Assembly: GCA_965202805.1 (NCBI GenBank)
Contig: OZ241869.1
Span: forward strand, 1,376,001 to 1,440,000
Direction: 5' to 3'
Source of the DNA: Longimicrobiales bacterium
GTDB lineage: Bacteria; Gemmatimonadota; Gemmatimonadetes; Longimicrobiales; Gaopeijiaceae
Length of the DNA: 64,000 nucleotides
Shown here: one piece after another, positions 44,101 to 52,599 of the stretch
Position numbering within the stretch: the first letter of the stretch is position 1
How the letters are laid out: every line of letters starts with the position of its first letter
Translations under genes and position numbers: made by a program
Notes under the pieces: generated by a model
What the model was told of the DNA's origin: nothing
The model's database searches: none
The model's input: the letters and a program-made list of their open reading frames with translations, nothing else

Positions 44101-47100
44101 GATGGTGTCGCGCACCAGGTAGGGGGAGGATCCGTCGAGTTCCACCAGGTAGCGCATGTAGCGCTCGTCGATGTCCAGGTTGCCGTCCCCGTCCAGGTCT
44201 TCCGAGTCCGGACGTCCGTTGCCCCGGGTGCAGTTGACGCGGGGGTCCCCGATCCGGTAGACCACCGCCCGGGTCGCCAGGCACGCCTCGTCCCACAGCC
44301 CGCGCTGGTCGAGTTCATCGCTCCAGATCTCGCCCCTGCGCGGGTCGGCCTCCTGGTCGAGGGCGCCCAGCCCCCACGCGTTCCCGCCCTCCCGGGTGCC
44401 CCCGGTGAGCCCGTTCGCGTCCACGAACAGCGCGTCCTCGCTCACCGTCCCCAGATCGAAGACGAGGGTGAGCGCCTCGCCGCCCGCGATATAGAGGTCG
44501 AGAAACTCGGTGCGCGTCAGGTCGAGGCCGGTGCTCGCGAGATTGGCGGTGATCGAGCGCCAGCGCCTGCGGTCGAAGGTGCCCCCGGCGGCGCCGTCGC
44601 CGACCCCGAACGTGAGCAGCAGCCCCGGCTCGCGGAACTCGTTGCCGGCCACGTTGATCTGTCGGTCGATGTCGTTGCGGGGCAGAAAGCCCTCGAAGAC
44701 GCCTGTGCTGTCCCCGCTCTCCCCCTCGGTGATCCAGGTGTGCTGCCACTGAAGGGAGGCGATGTCGCCCGGTCCGAGCTCCGGCGGAAGAGCCTCGAGC
44801 GCTCCGTCGCGGAACAGCGGAGCGCTACCCAGCCGCCAGCCCGTGCTCAGGTTGGAGAGGGGGAGGTCGCTCGTGGAATCGAAGTCGTGCAGGTAGACGT
44901 CTCCCTCGATGTTCGGGCTGGGCAGGGAGAGCGCCATCTCCCCGTTCAGGCGCAGCCGCGAGATTCCCGAGTGCGTCAGCCCCGGGATCCGGTCCAGCGC
45001 CCGGTCCAGCGCCGGCAATTCCATGTCCATGCGCCCGTTCAGGCCGCCCAGGAGGATCGAAGCCGGCTCGACGCCCAGCTGAGGCCGTCGCAGGAGCCCT
45101 CTCTCACGCTGGTACAGACCCAGGAAGTTGAGTTCGCCCGCATCCCCGAGCGCGTAGCCGGCGTTCATGCCGAAGACCGAGGTCGGGGCGATCTGAAAGA
45201 GGGCCTGCTGCTCCCAGGTGGCCCGCAGGTCCCCCTGCGGGTCGGTGGCGAAGAGGTTCTCCGCGTCGAGCAGCGTCACCTGTCCCATGTCGTAGTCGAT
45301 GACGTAGTCGGTGCGCGCCTCGAGCGCGCGGTCGCCGAAGAAGAGCCGCTCGCTGCCGTCGCGGATGCCGAGCGCGCCCAGCGAGAAGGAGGAGACGAGC
45401 CCCTCGCTGCGCACGCGGAAGGGAATCGTGAGCCAGTAGAGCCCCGCGTTCTCACGCTCGTAGGGATCGACCGCGTCGTAGATCTCGGGGTTGGCGTCCC
45501 CCGCCAGGATCTCGGAGGTCTCTTCAGCGGAGAGCCCCAGGGAGTATATCGGAGGAGGCTCGGCGAAGGGCCGGAGGGTCGGGAAGATGATGAAGGTGCC
45601 CGAGACCGCGGGCTGCTCCTCGAAGTCGTCGGCGGCGGGCTTGTAGACGTAGGCGCGGTCGATCACGTCGACGGGAGACTCCTCGTCCAGCCCCAGGAGC
45701 TTCAGATAGGTGATGTCCTCCCCGCCGAGGCCCCGGGTGAAGGTCCTGCCCGCGCTCAGTTCACCGACGGAGATGTCGAGCGAGACCGACGGGATCTCGA
45801 CGTCGTTCGAGCCCGACACCCGGTAGACCTGGTGCATCTCGAGATCCCAGGTGGGCCGGCCCGGCTGGTGGTTGGGCTCCGAGGCGCGCAGCAGCGAGAG
45901 GCGGGGACGCCCTCCCTCGTTGTGAATGCGCTCCGGGTTGTAGTCGCCGATCGTGTCGCCGGCCGCGGTGACATAGGTCACCGCCAGCATCTCGTCGCGG
46001 CGCAGCGGGCTCCGCAGCGCGATCCACAGGCCGCTCGGGTGGACGAAGTAGTCGACGCCCGCCTGCAGGTAGCGGAACCACCCCGACTCGGTCACCGTGT
46101 CGTCCCCGAGCGTCGCCGAGGCATCGGCCTGGATGTAGCCCTCCACCTGCTGGCGGGTGACGGGATCGTTCTCGAAGCGGTAGAGCTGGATCGGTTCCGC
46201 TCCGGGAATGGCGGAGGAAGGCACCGAGGCCGGATCCGCCCCCAGAATGTCGATGTGCGGGTAGTCGAAGAGGTTGCGCGGGTCGGCCAGGAAGAAGAAC
46301 TGGCCGCGCACGTAGTCGGCGTTGTCGACCACGATGGTGTCCTCCTGGACGAAGGCGCGGTCGGTGCCCGCCCCGGCCAGGCGGAATTCCCGCGAGGACA
46401 GGTCGCCCCGCTGTTGCGCGAAAACGGTCTCGAAGTCGACCGGGCCCAGCTGGCCGGTGGCCCGCAAGCCGAAGTTGCCCGCCGGAATGCCCTCGGTGAG
46501 AAACCGCGACTCGGGCAGCCCGAAGGTCACGTCCCCGACCTCGACGCCCTGGAGAATCTCGTCCTCCACTCCCTGGTAGAAGACGTTGATGTTGTTGGTG
46601 GCGGAGAACTCGCGCGTCTGGTCGTAGTCGACGTTGACTACGATCCGGTCCGAGATGGTGCCGGCCATCCGGACGCCGAACTGGAGTTCGGGCACGAGCC
46701 GGGGCAGGAGCCCTGGCTGGCACCCCAGCTGGATGCCGGCGTCGCAGGGGCGGAAGCGCGTCCAGTCGCCCCCGAACTCGCCCCGGCCCGTGATGTTCAC
46801 GTCCAGATCCCGGAACTCGATCGGCCCGGCCCCGGGGATGATTGCGGCCTCCGGCTCGGGCGGGAGTTCGGGGAGGAAACCCGCGGGGCCGGCGTCCGGG
46901 GTGTCCTCTTCCGGGGAAGCGCGCGTGATCCGGCCCGCCAGCACCGCGCCGGGCCGAAGGAGAGACGCGGCGCCGGGGCCCGGCGTTCCGAGCACCGCGG
47001 GCCGCAACCAGGGGGAGCCGTCACCCGGCACGGGCTCGAACGCGACCGGGAAGAGGAGGGGGACGCGGGCCAGCCCGAGGGGGACCAGCACCGGCGGGGC

Positions 47101-47241
47101 GCGGGGCGCGGAGGCAAGCGCGGGCGGCGGCGGGAAGAGCCCCTGCCATTCCCCCGTGTCCGGGCCGGCGGCCTGGGCGGCGGCCGCCGCCGGTGTAAGG
47201 GCCCCGAGCGCCAGAAGCAATGCGGCAGCCCGGCGCGACAT
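41140..47241 (-). CDS. sprA: Giant outer-membrane beta-barrel protein, SprA/Sov (T9SS translocon)-like, ~2030 aa
   Basis: Signal peptide; segments YQGVEDEILQGVEVGDV, FG..ATGQLG..FAQQRG, DYVIDYDMGQVTLL, DSEDLDGDGNLD, FRLYRIPL and GEVWVNDFRL resemble SprA; amphipathic beta-strands in the C-terminal half. Confidence 0.75.
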   Translation of the reverse strand: MSRRAAALLLALGALTPAAAAAQAAGPDTGEWQGLFPPPPALASAPRAPPVLVPLGLARVPLLFPVAFEPVPGDGSPWLRPAVLGTPGPGAASLLRPGAVLAGRITRASPEEDTPDAGPAGFLPELPPEPEAAIIPGAGPIEFRDLDVNITGRGEFGGDWTRFRPCDAGIQLGCQPGLLPRLVPELQFGVRMAGTISDRIVVNVDYDQTREFSATNNINVFYQGVEDEILQGVEVGDVTFGLPESRFLTEGIPAGNFGLRATGQLGPVDFETVFAQQRGDLSSREFRLAGAGTDRAFVQEDTIVVDNADYVRGQFFFLADPRNLFDYPHIDILGADPASVPSSAIPGAEPIQLYRFENDPVTRQQVEGYIQADASATLGDDTVTESGWFRYLQAGVDYFVHPSGLWIALRSPLRRDEMLAVTYVTAAGDTIGDYNPERIHNEGGRPRLSLLRASEPNHQPGRPTWDLEMHQVYRVSGSNDVEIPSVSLDISVGELSAGRTFTRGLGGEDITYLKLLGLDEESPVDVIDRAYVYKPAADDFEEQPAVSGTFIIFPTLRPFAEPPPIYSLGLSAEETSEILAGDANPEIYDAVDPYERENAGLYWLTIPFRVRSEGLVSSFSLGALGIRDGSERLFFGDRALEARTDYVIDYDMGQVTLLDAENLFATDPQGDLRATWEQQALFQIAPTSVFGMNAGYALGDAGELNFLGLYQRERGLLRRPQLGVEPASILLGGLNGRMDMELPALDRALDRIPGLTHSGISRLRLNGEMALSLPSPNIEGDVYLHDFDSTSDLPLSNLSTGWRLGSAPLFRDGALEALPPELGPGDIASLQWQHTWITEGESGDSTGVFEGFLPRNDIDRQINVAGNEFREPGLLLTFGVGDGAAGGTFDRRRWRSITANLASTGLDLTRTEFLDLYIAGGEALTLVFDLGTVSEDALFVDANGLTGGTREGGNAWGLGALDQEADPRRGEIWSDELDQRGLWDEACLATRAVVYRIGDPRVNCTRGNGRPDSEDLDGDGNLDIDERYMRYLVELDGSSPYLVRDTIGTGTHFRLYRIPLRGPHAINPGGMFTDGDFRAVKHLRLTVTGNAEGAAVLARMRLVGSRWVKRAGEGVLTGMAGDEPGTGGTIEVSPVGAVEVGAAYHPPPGVVEQLDDPASALGAQGVEFSEKALGITYRGLPPGERTEVYHRFPQRPRNFLTYRQARIWALARRGDWGMDRPTYFFLKVGSDEDNFYLYRTRLEPAVDPEGTRAEDWLPEILVDFDRWLELRSEAEQRLIEDPPPAGAPALVVWNADSTYAVVLQDRARAPNLSQVRELSLGVWNEGDFPDDGEVWVNDFRLSAAVTDRGLASHLNLDLNASDFMTTRVSVSDRGALFRQLEGDPSYQRDQQWTANSTLQLSRFAPASWGIELPLNVSHTSSGQDPTFLLRSDIRADRLEGLRKVAFDRTRVGVSFRKRTPSANPWAAIFLDGLSARAGYSSSQSATATSESDSRVVDARVGYDRALEPRTLPVVPGFLGGVVRALLPESLEERVLASRLRWSPERIGFGASYANQRNQTLRYEQILRLAADSGATRTRSPRRGLDTDARVIFRPFESVTATTDFTSTRDLLAPELAVRDPAVRPLLARERWSPGGVDLGWETNRRLRTNMRWGPRPADWLQWTLTWTTTYNSDRNATLVRRQVVEADTLRELQRNVGGQRSASASVTFDPGTLARGGPPRPGAADAPPRGTMRRLAGAFSPLTVNWQDGITSRFNREVLDPDVRYQFGLSDLEGFRVVDGTTAATLVDRNGWAMGSGLTLLSGITANVDYSVTDIATFDTRSDRASNTRSWPNIVLRASSIPLPSFMQPVVERLTLNSGYRVDTRRLSFGTGAQQQRLQEDATIPLDVSVRWGGGFSSSYRTTMTRGEGTDPTGDTRRRRNTHVFTMSGSFTPPGELGARLERPIQASLRYNQAGQTDCRITSGNDECVPFVDQSNATFNLTLDTVVSDLQIGFQASYTNRQSNIGQRLGSTQFQIGFWGQFVYNAGAFAGLP

Positions 47242-47325
47242 CCCACCGGGACCACGGGCCCGCGGCCGGTGTACGGTGCGAGTTGAGGGAAGCTCGCTCA
47301 ACGCCCAACCCGCAACCGGCTACGG

Positions 47326-48783
47326 ATGAACATTCTCACGCGCTATCTGATCCGGGCGCACGTGGCGCCGTTCTTCTTCTCGCTCACTGTGCTTACCGGC
47401 CTCTTCTTCCTGAACCTGGTCGCTCTGCGGATGGGCGCGCTCATGGGCAAGGGACTGCCGTGGCAGGTCTATGCCGAGTTCATGCTGCTCTCGCTCCCCC
47501 ACACGCTCGCGCTCACCATTCCCATGTCGGTGCTCGTCGCCGTGCTCTACGCCTTCTCGGAGCTGGCGGAAGCCAACGAGATCACCGCGATGTCCGCGGG
47601 CGGCGTGCGCCCCGCCCGGATTCTGGTTCCCCTGCTCGCCGCAGGCACGATCGCGGCCGCCCTGGTCTTCGCGCTGCACGACCGCGTGCTCCCCGAGTCC
47701 AATCATCGCCTCAAGAACCTCATGGTCGACGTCCAGGGGAAGAGCCCCACGTTCCGGCTGCGCGAGCAGGTGATCAACGAAATCCAGGCCGTCAACGGCG
47801 CCACCCGCTACTTCCTGCAGGCGCACAGCATCGACCCGCTGACCAATGAACTCGAGGATGTCACCATCTTCGACGTTAGCGAATACGACCAATATCGCAC
47901 CATCTATGCCGACCGGGGCACGATGGCGTTCGACGAGAGCGGCACCGATCTCTTCCTGACGCTCTTTGACGGCAATGCCTACGAGGTCAGCGACACGCGC
48001 CCGTCCGGCTTCCGGCAGCTGGCCTTCGCCCGGCAGATCATTCCGATGCGCGGAGTCGCGGACGTGCTGGAACGCAGCGACAGCGAGCAGCGCGGAGACC
48101 GGGAGATGTCCACGGCCATGCTGGCGGAGGAGGTGCGCAAGGCCCGCGAGGAGCTGGCTGAAGTGCGGGGCGCCAGTCTGGCGCGCTCCCGCGGCGCGAT
48201 GCGCGAAGCGCTGGGACTCGAGGCGGTGGAAGGAGAGGAGATCGACGATCTGCTGCCTCCCGGAGCACTGGAGAGCCAGCGGCGCATCATCGGCGACCTT
48301 GGCCTGACTCCGCCGGATCAGCTCACCGAGGCGATCACCGCCAACCTGCGCACCAACGCCGTGCGCGAGGAGGTGCTTCTGCTCAACGAGAACCGCTACC
48401 GCGTGGAGTGGCACAAGAAGTGGGCGATCGCCACCGCCTGCTTCATCTTCGTGCTCGTGGGGGCTCCTCTCGCGATCCGCTTTCCCCGGGGCGGCCTCGG
48501 CACGGTGATCGTGCTCTCCGGCGGCATCTTCGCCATCTACTGGACGACCCTGATCGGGGGCGAGTCGCTCGCCGACCGGGGCCACCTGGAGCCGAACGTC
48601 GCGATGTGGATCTCCAACGTCATCTTCCTGGTCGTCGGCATCCGGCTGGCGTCGCGCATGGGACGCGCCGTCTCCGCGCCGCGGGATTCGGGCCAGGGCG
48701 GCATCCGGCGATTGCTGATGAGCCGGGTGAGGCGCAACCGGCGGGCAGGCGCGGGGATGGCGGAAGGAGCCGCGGACGCATGA
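47326..48783 (+). CDS. lptF: LPS export permease LptF family
   Basis: ILTRYL, LALTIPMSVL, NEITAM.AGG, EWHKKWAI..AC and GAPLA motifs; tandem with a paralog. Confidence 0.88.
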   Translation: MNILTRYLIRAHVAPFFFSLTVLTGLFFLNLVALRMGALMGKGLPWQVYAEFMLLSLPHTLALTIPMSVLVAVLYAFSELAEANEITAMSAGGVRPARILVPLLAAGTIAAALVFALHDRVLPESNHRLKNLMVDVQGKSPTFRLREQVINEIQAVNGATRYFLQAHSIDPLTNELEDVTIFDVSEYDQYRTIYADRGTMAFDESGTDLFLTLFDGNAYEVSDTRPSGFRQLAFARQIIPMRGVADVLERSDSEQRGDREMSTAMLAEEVRKAREELAEVRGASLARSRGAMREALGLEAVEGEEIDDLLPPGALESQRRIIGDLGLTPPDQLTEAITANLRTNAVREEVLLLNENRYRVEWHKKWAIATACFIFVLVGAPLAIRFPRGGLGTVIVLSGGIFAIYWTTLIGGESLADRGHLEPNVAMWISNVIFLVVGIRLASRMGRAVSAPRDSGQGGIRRLLMSRVRRNRRAGAGMAEGAADA

Positions 48784-49892
48784 GGCTCCTCGACCGGCTG
48801 GTCGCGACCAGCTTCCTCCGCATCTTCGTGGCCTTCGTGGCCGCGGTGCCGCTCCTGTTCGTGGTGGGGGACCTTACCGAGAATATCGACGAGTACCTGG
48901 ACCGAGGGCTCCCGATGGTGGAGGTCTTCCGGGCCTACGGATTCCAGATCCTCCAGTTCGTGTTCTGGTCCTTCCCGATGGCGACCCTGATCGCGGCCGT
49001 CTTCACCATTCACGCCATGACCGTGCACCGGGAGATCGTGGCCGCCAAGGCGGGCGGCGTCTCCTTCCATCGGCTCGTGGTGCCGGTGCTGGCCCTGGGC
49101 GTCGTGCTCGGCGGGGTGTCGTTCTACATCAGCGACATCGTGCCCCGCGCCAATCGCGCCGCCTTCGACATCCTCGAGGAGCGCAACTTCAGCCGCGACT
49201 GGCGCATCAACTTCGTGTACCAGACCGAGGAGGGGCACAGCCTTTCGGTGCGCCGCCTGACCGTGATGGCGGGCGAGTTGCAGGACGTGGTGCTGGAGCA
49301 CCGCCCGGTTACCGCCGAGCCCGGCACGGGCCCCTCCCTGCACGCGGTCGCGGACCGCGCCTACTTCAACGACGAGACGGGCTGGACCTTCAGCGACGGC
49401 TACGTCCGGCGGCTGCTCCCCGATGCCCGCGAACAGACCTATCGCTTCGGCAGCATGAAGACGCGCGGGTTCTCGGAACGGCCCGATGAGCTGCTCGAGG
49501 CGTCCCGTACCGGGAACCGCATGTCCGACGCCCAGAACGACCGTCTGGCGCAGATGACGCGCGCGGACATCGATCGGCAGGTCGGGATCATCGAGCGCAG
49601 CGGGGGCAGCGCCTCCGAGTACCTCGTCGAGCGCGAGCAGCGCAGCGCGCTCGCCCTGGCCACCTTCGTCATGGTCCTCTTCGGCCTGCCCCTGGGCACC
49701 TCCTCCCAGCGGGGGAGCGCGGCCTACGGTGCCGGGGTGTCGATCGCCTCCATCACCCTGTACCTGATCCTCTTCCGGGTTCTGGGGGCGGCGGCGGGCG
49801 CGGGCGTCCTCTCGCCCACCATCGCCGCCTGGACCCCCAACGCCGTGTTCCTGGCGATGGGCGCCGTGCTCATGACCCGGGTGCGCACGTAG
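48780..49892 (+). CDS. lptG: LPS export permease LptG family
   Basis: MRLLDRL, EIVAAKAGGVS and AAWTPN motifs; ATGA overlap with lptF. Confidence 0.88.
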   Translation: MRLLDRLVATSFLRIFVAFVAAVPLLFVVGDLTENIDEYLDRGLPMVEVFRAYGFQILQFVFWSFPMATLIAAVFTIHAMTVHREIVAAKAGGVSFHRLVVPVLALGVVLGGVSFYISDIVPRANRAAFDILEERNFSRDWRINFVYQTEEGHSLSVRRLTVMAGELQDVVLEHRPVTAEPGTGPSLHAVADRAYFNDETGWTFSDGYVRRLLPDAREQTYRFGSMKTRGFSERPDELLEASRTGNRMSDAQNDRLAQMTRADIDRQVGIIERSGGSASEYLVEREQRSALALATFVMVLFGLPLGTSSQRGSAAYGAGVSIASITLYLILFRVLGAAAGAGVLSPTIAAWTPNAVFLAMGAVLMTRVRT

Positions 49893-49923
49893 GACGCAGG
49901 AATGCAGCCCCGGTGGGACAACG

Positions 49924-49956
49924 CAGCCCCGGAAGGGTGGGTCCCTCCCGGGGCTG
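49924..49956. terminator. GC-rich hairpin between convergent genes
   Basis: CAGCCCCGGAAGGG-tgggt-CCCTCCCGGGGCTG; no clear U-tract. Confidence 0.4.
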
Positions 49957-49992
49957 ACGGATGCGGTTTCGGGCCGCGCGGGCCCGGCCGAT

Positions 49993-52044
49993 TCAACTGA
50001 CCGGGCGCTCCTTCGGCAGGATCTTGACCGACCACAATCCCGAGTTGATGTCGGCGAAGAAGACGTTGCCCTTCCACGGCATCACGCCCCACGCCGCCGG
50101 GGCGTTGGGGATGTACCCGAGAGGATCGTGCGCCTTGAAGACCGAGATCTCGCGTCCCTGGGTATAGAGGTTCCCCATCAGGTCGCCGGAAATGTCCACC
50201 ATGCGGAGGCCGCCCTCGTAGTAGGCCTCGTAGAGGATGTCGTCCTCGACCCACATGTTGTGGGTGCCGTACTCGGACACCTCGTAGCGGGCCACCATCG
50301 AGGGCGACTCGGGGTCGGTGAAGTCCACGATCTGGATGTAGCCCGTGGTCGCGCGAGGATAGCCGCCCCGTCCCGTCTCCGGGTCGTACTGGATCCGGTG
50401 GTCCGGTCCGGTGCCCGCCCAGGCGAGCCCTTCGCGGCCGACGATCTCGTCGCCGGCGATGAGGTAGAACTTGCCGGTCGACTCCTGCAGGTACGGGAAC
50501 ACCGCGTGCGTCTGGCCGGAGGGGAGCGGGATGTTGGTCACGAAGACCGGGTTCTCGGGGGAGCCGCCCCAGCGGCCGTTGCCCACGTCGACGACGACGA
50601 TGCCGTTCTCCCACTCCGCGGAGTAGGCGATGCCGTCGTGCACCCAGACGTCATGCACGCGGCTGTCGGGATGGTCGTACTCACCCACGTAGCGCGGGTT
50701 GTAGATGTCGGCCATGTCCAGGATGACGTACTTGTCGCCCGCGGAGAGGACGAAGAGGTGCTCGTTGGTGGCGAACATGTTGTGCACGCCGCCGGTGACC
50801 CCCTCGTCCCAGGTGGAGGCGATGGTGGGGTGCGCGGGGTTGGCCAGGTCGAGGATGACCACGCCGTTGCGGCGATTGGAGGCGCCTTCGCGCGAAATCA
50901 CGCCGTAGCGGCCGTCGGGGGACGCCTTGACGTCGTTGGTGGTGCGCGCGTCGACGAGGATGGAGTCGGTCTTGACGATGTTGGCGGGGTCCGTGATGTC
51001 CCACACGAAGGTGACCCCGTTGCCCATCTTGGAGCCCGTGAGCGCGTAGTCGCGGCCGTCAACCCCCTCCCAGATCCACAGGTCGGTGGTGAAGACGCGC
51101 GATTCACGCCCCTGCCCCACGATCTCGAGCTCCTGCACCGCGCCGCGCCGGCTCACCCGCACGGACTCGCGCGCCGACAGGTGGCCGGCGGTCGCGACCA
51201 CCGTGTAGAGCCCCGGCCAGTCGGCCACGAAGCGGCCGTCGTCGACCTGCCCCGGCCCGGCGGGCGCCACGATGCTGTCGTCGGGCATGTACGCGAGCGA
51301 CCAGGTGACCGGCGCGCGCGGGACTTCATTGCCGGCGTCGTCCACTACGGTGGCGGTGAACTCCACGACGTCGCCGGTGAGGAGATCGCCCCCGCCGCCG
51401 GCGAGCTGGATGGCCGTGGCCGGGAAGGCCTCGACGGTGCGCTCGACCGAACCCCGCACCCCCTCGACCGTGGCCGTCACGGTAACCGGGCCGGGCTGGT
51501 GGGCGGTGACGTTGCCGAACGCGTCGACCGCGGCCACCTCGGTGTCGGAGACCGACCAGGCGACCTCGGCGGTCGGGCGCGCCGACCCGTCCGCGTGGAG
51601 GGCGGTCGCGGTGTAGCGCACCGTCGTCCCGGCGTAGAGCAGGTCGCCGGCCGCATCCACCTCGACGGTCGCCACCTCCGGCCAGTCGACCACCACCGGA
51701 ATGGTGAGCTGGGCCACCGGCGCTCCGCTCGCGGGCATCACCACCATGGCGCGCACGTCGTACTGGCCGGCCTCGAAGGCCTCGATGTTCCCGTCACGAA
51801 TGCGCAGCGCCCGCCGCGGCGCGCTCACCCGGATGGGAATGGCCACCACGGCCCCCGCGGCGTCGTAGGCGGTCACCCGCAGCGGCACGACATCCCCCAC
51901 CCGCAGGGACAGCTCGGTCGGTTCGGCCTCCAGCCGGGTCACGACGGTGGGATCGGGTTCGGGGGTCTGGGCGTTCGCGGGCGTCACGGGAAGAAACGCG
52001 CCACCGGCGACCATGGTCACGAGGAGGAATCTGAGAGAACGCAT
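49993..52044 (-). CDS. Secreted protein with Ig-like (Big_2-type) domains and an LVIVD-repeat beta-propeller
   Basis: Signal peptide; WSVSD..VAAVD..G.VTA Ig motif; repeated VILDLANP/VILDMAD/IVVVDV/IQIVDFTDP with His-containing motifs. Confidence 0.85.
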   Translation of the reverse strand: MRSLRFLLVTMVAGGAFLPVTPANAQTPEPDPTVVTRLEAEPTELSLRVGDVVPLRVTAYDAAGAVVAIPIRVSAPRRALRIRDGNIEAFEAGQYDVRAMVVMPASGAPVAQLTIPVVVDWPEVATVEVDAAGDLLYAGTTVRYTATALHADGSARPTAEVAWSVSDTEVAAVDAFGNVTAHQPGPVTVTATVEGVRGSVERTVEAFPATAIQLAGGGGDLLTGDVVEFTATVVDDAGNEVPRAPVTWSLAYMPDDSIVAPAGPGQVDDGRFVADWPGLYTVVATAGHLSARESVRVSRRGAVQELEIVGQGRESRVFTTDLWIWEGVDGRDYALTGSKMGNGVTFVWDITDPANIVKTDSILVDARTTNDVKASPDGRYGVISREGASNRRNGVVILDLANPAHPTIASTWDEGVTGGVHNMFATNEHLFVLSAGDKYVILDMADIYNPRYVGEYDHPDSRVHDVWVHDGIAYSAEWENGIVVVDVGNGRWGGSPENPVFVTNIPLPSGQTHAVFPYLQESTGKFYLIAGDEIVGREGLAWAGTGPDHRIQYDPETGRGGYPRATTGYIQIVDFTDPESPSMVARYEVSEYGTHNMWVEDDILYEAYYEGGLRMVDISGDLMGNLYTQGREISVFKAHDPLGYIPNAPAAWGVMPWKGNVFFADINSGLWSVKILPKERPVS

Positions 52045-52074
52045 GGGGTCTCCTTGAAGCGGGCACAACAGCCT

Positions 52075-52416
52075 TCAGCAGTCAGAATAGCGCGCGCGGG
52101 CGAGTCGCGGAAAGAGCCCCGGCGCCATCGACAGGATCACCGGCGTGTATCTGATGACGCCCTGATCGTCGATCGTCGCCAGGAGCCTGCCGTCGTGCCA
52201 GAACTCGACGGCGTCGGTCTCGCTGACGAACGCGTGATAGCGCATGAATGCGCCGGCATATATGGTGCGTCCGCGAATCGCGGCGGCTTCGTCCGACGTA
52301 ACCTCAACCCGTTGGACCGTTCCCGCCGCGACCGCGTCCGCAGGACCTGCACCGCGGGGCGGCGGCGACGGCACGCAACCGGCCAACAAGAGCATCACGC
52401 ACAGATACCTGGTCAC
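52075..52416 (-). CDS. Small hypothetical lipoprotein (113 aa)
   Basis: GAGGA SD, GTG start, MTRYLCVMLLLAG|C lipobox. Confidence 0.6.
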   Translation of the reverse strand: MTRYLCVMLLLAGCVPSPPPRGAGPADAVAAGTVQRVEVTSDEAAAIRGRTIYAGAFMRYHAFVSETDAVEFWHDGRLLATIDDQGVIRYTPVILSMAPGLFPRLARARYSDC

Positions 52417-52599
52417 CTGTGTTCCTCGGCAGCGCCTGATTCGGGTTTCCCCCGGCGCAAACACCTTCTCTCGTCCGTTCCCACGCGCGCGCTTCCACCG
52501 CGAGACGGTACTTCCGCACCGGGACGACCGCCAGCGTTGACACGACCGGACCGGGAATGAACCATTAGCGCCTTCCGGCAACCGGCAGCACGAGGCAGT

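Noticed and set aside
42988..47286. 1432-aa plus-strand ORF, and other long antisense ORFs (20123-23056, 50128-52560, 34931-37309, 7993-10227)
   Set aside because: They mirror genuine genes on the other strand, with no motifs and a composition typical of reverse-frame translation
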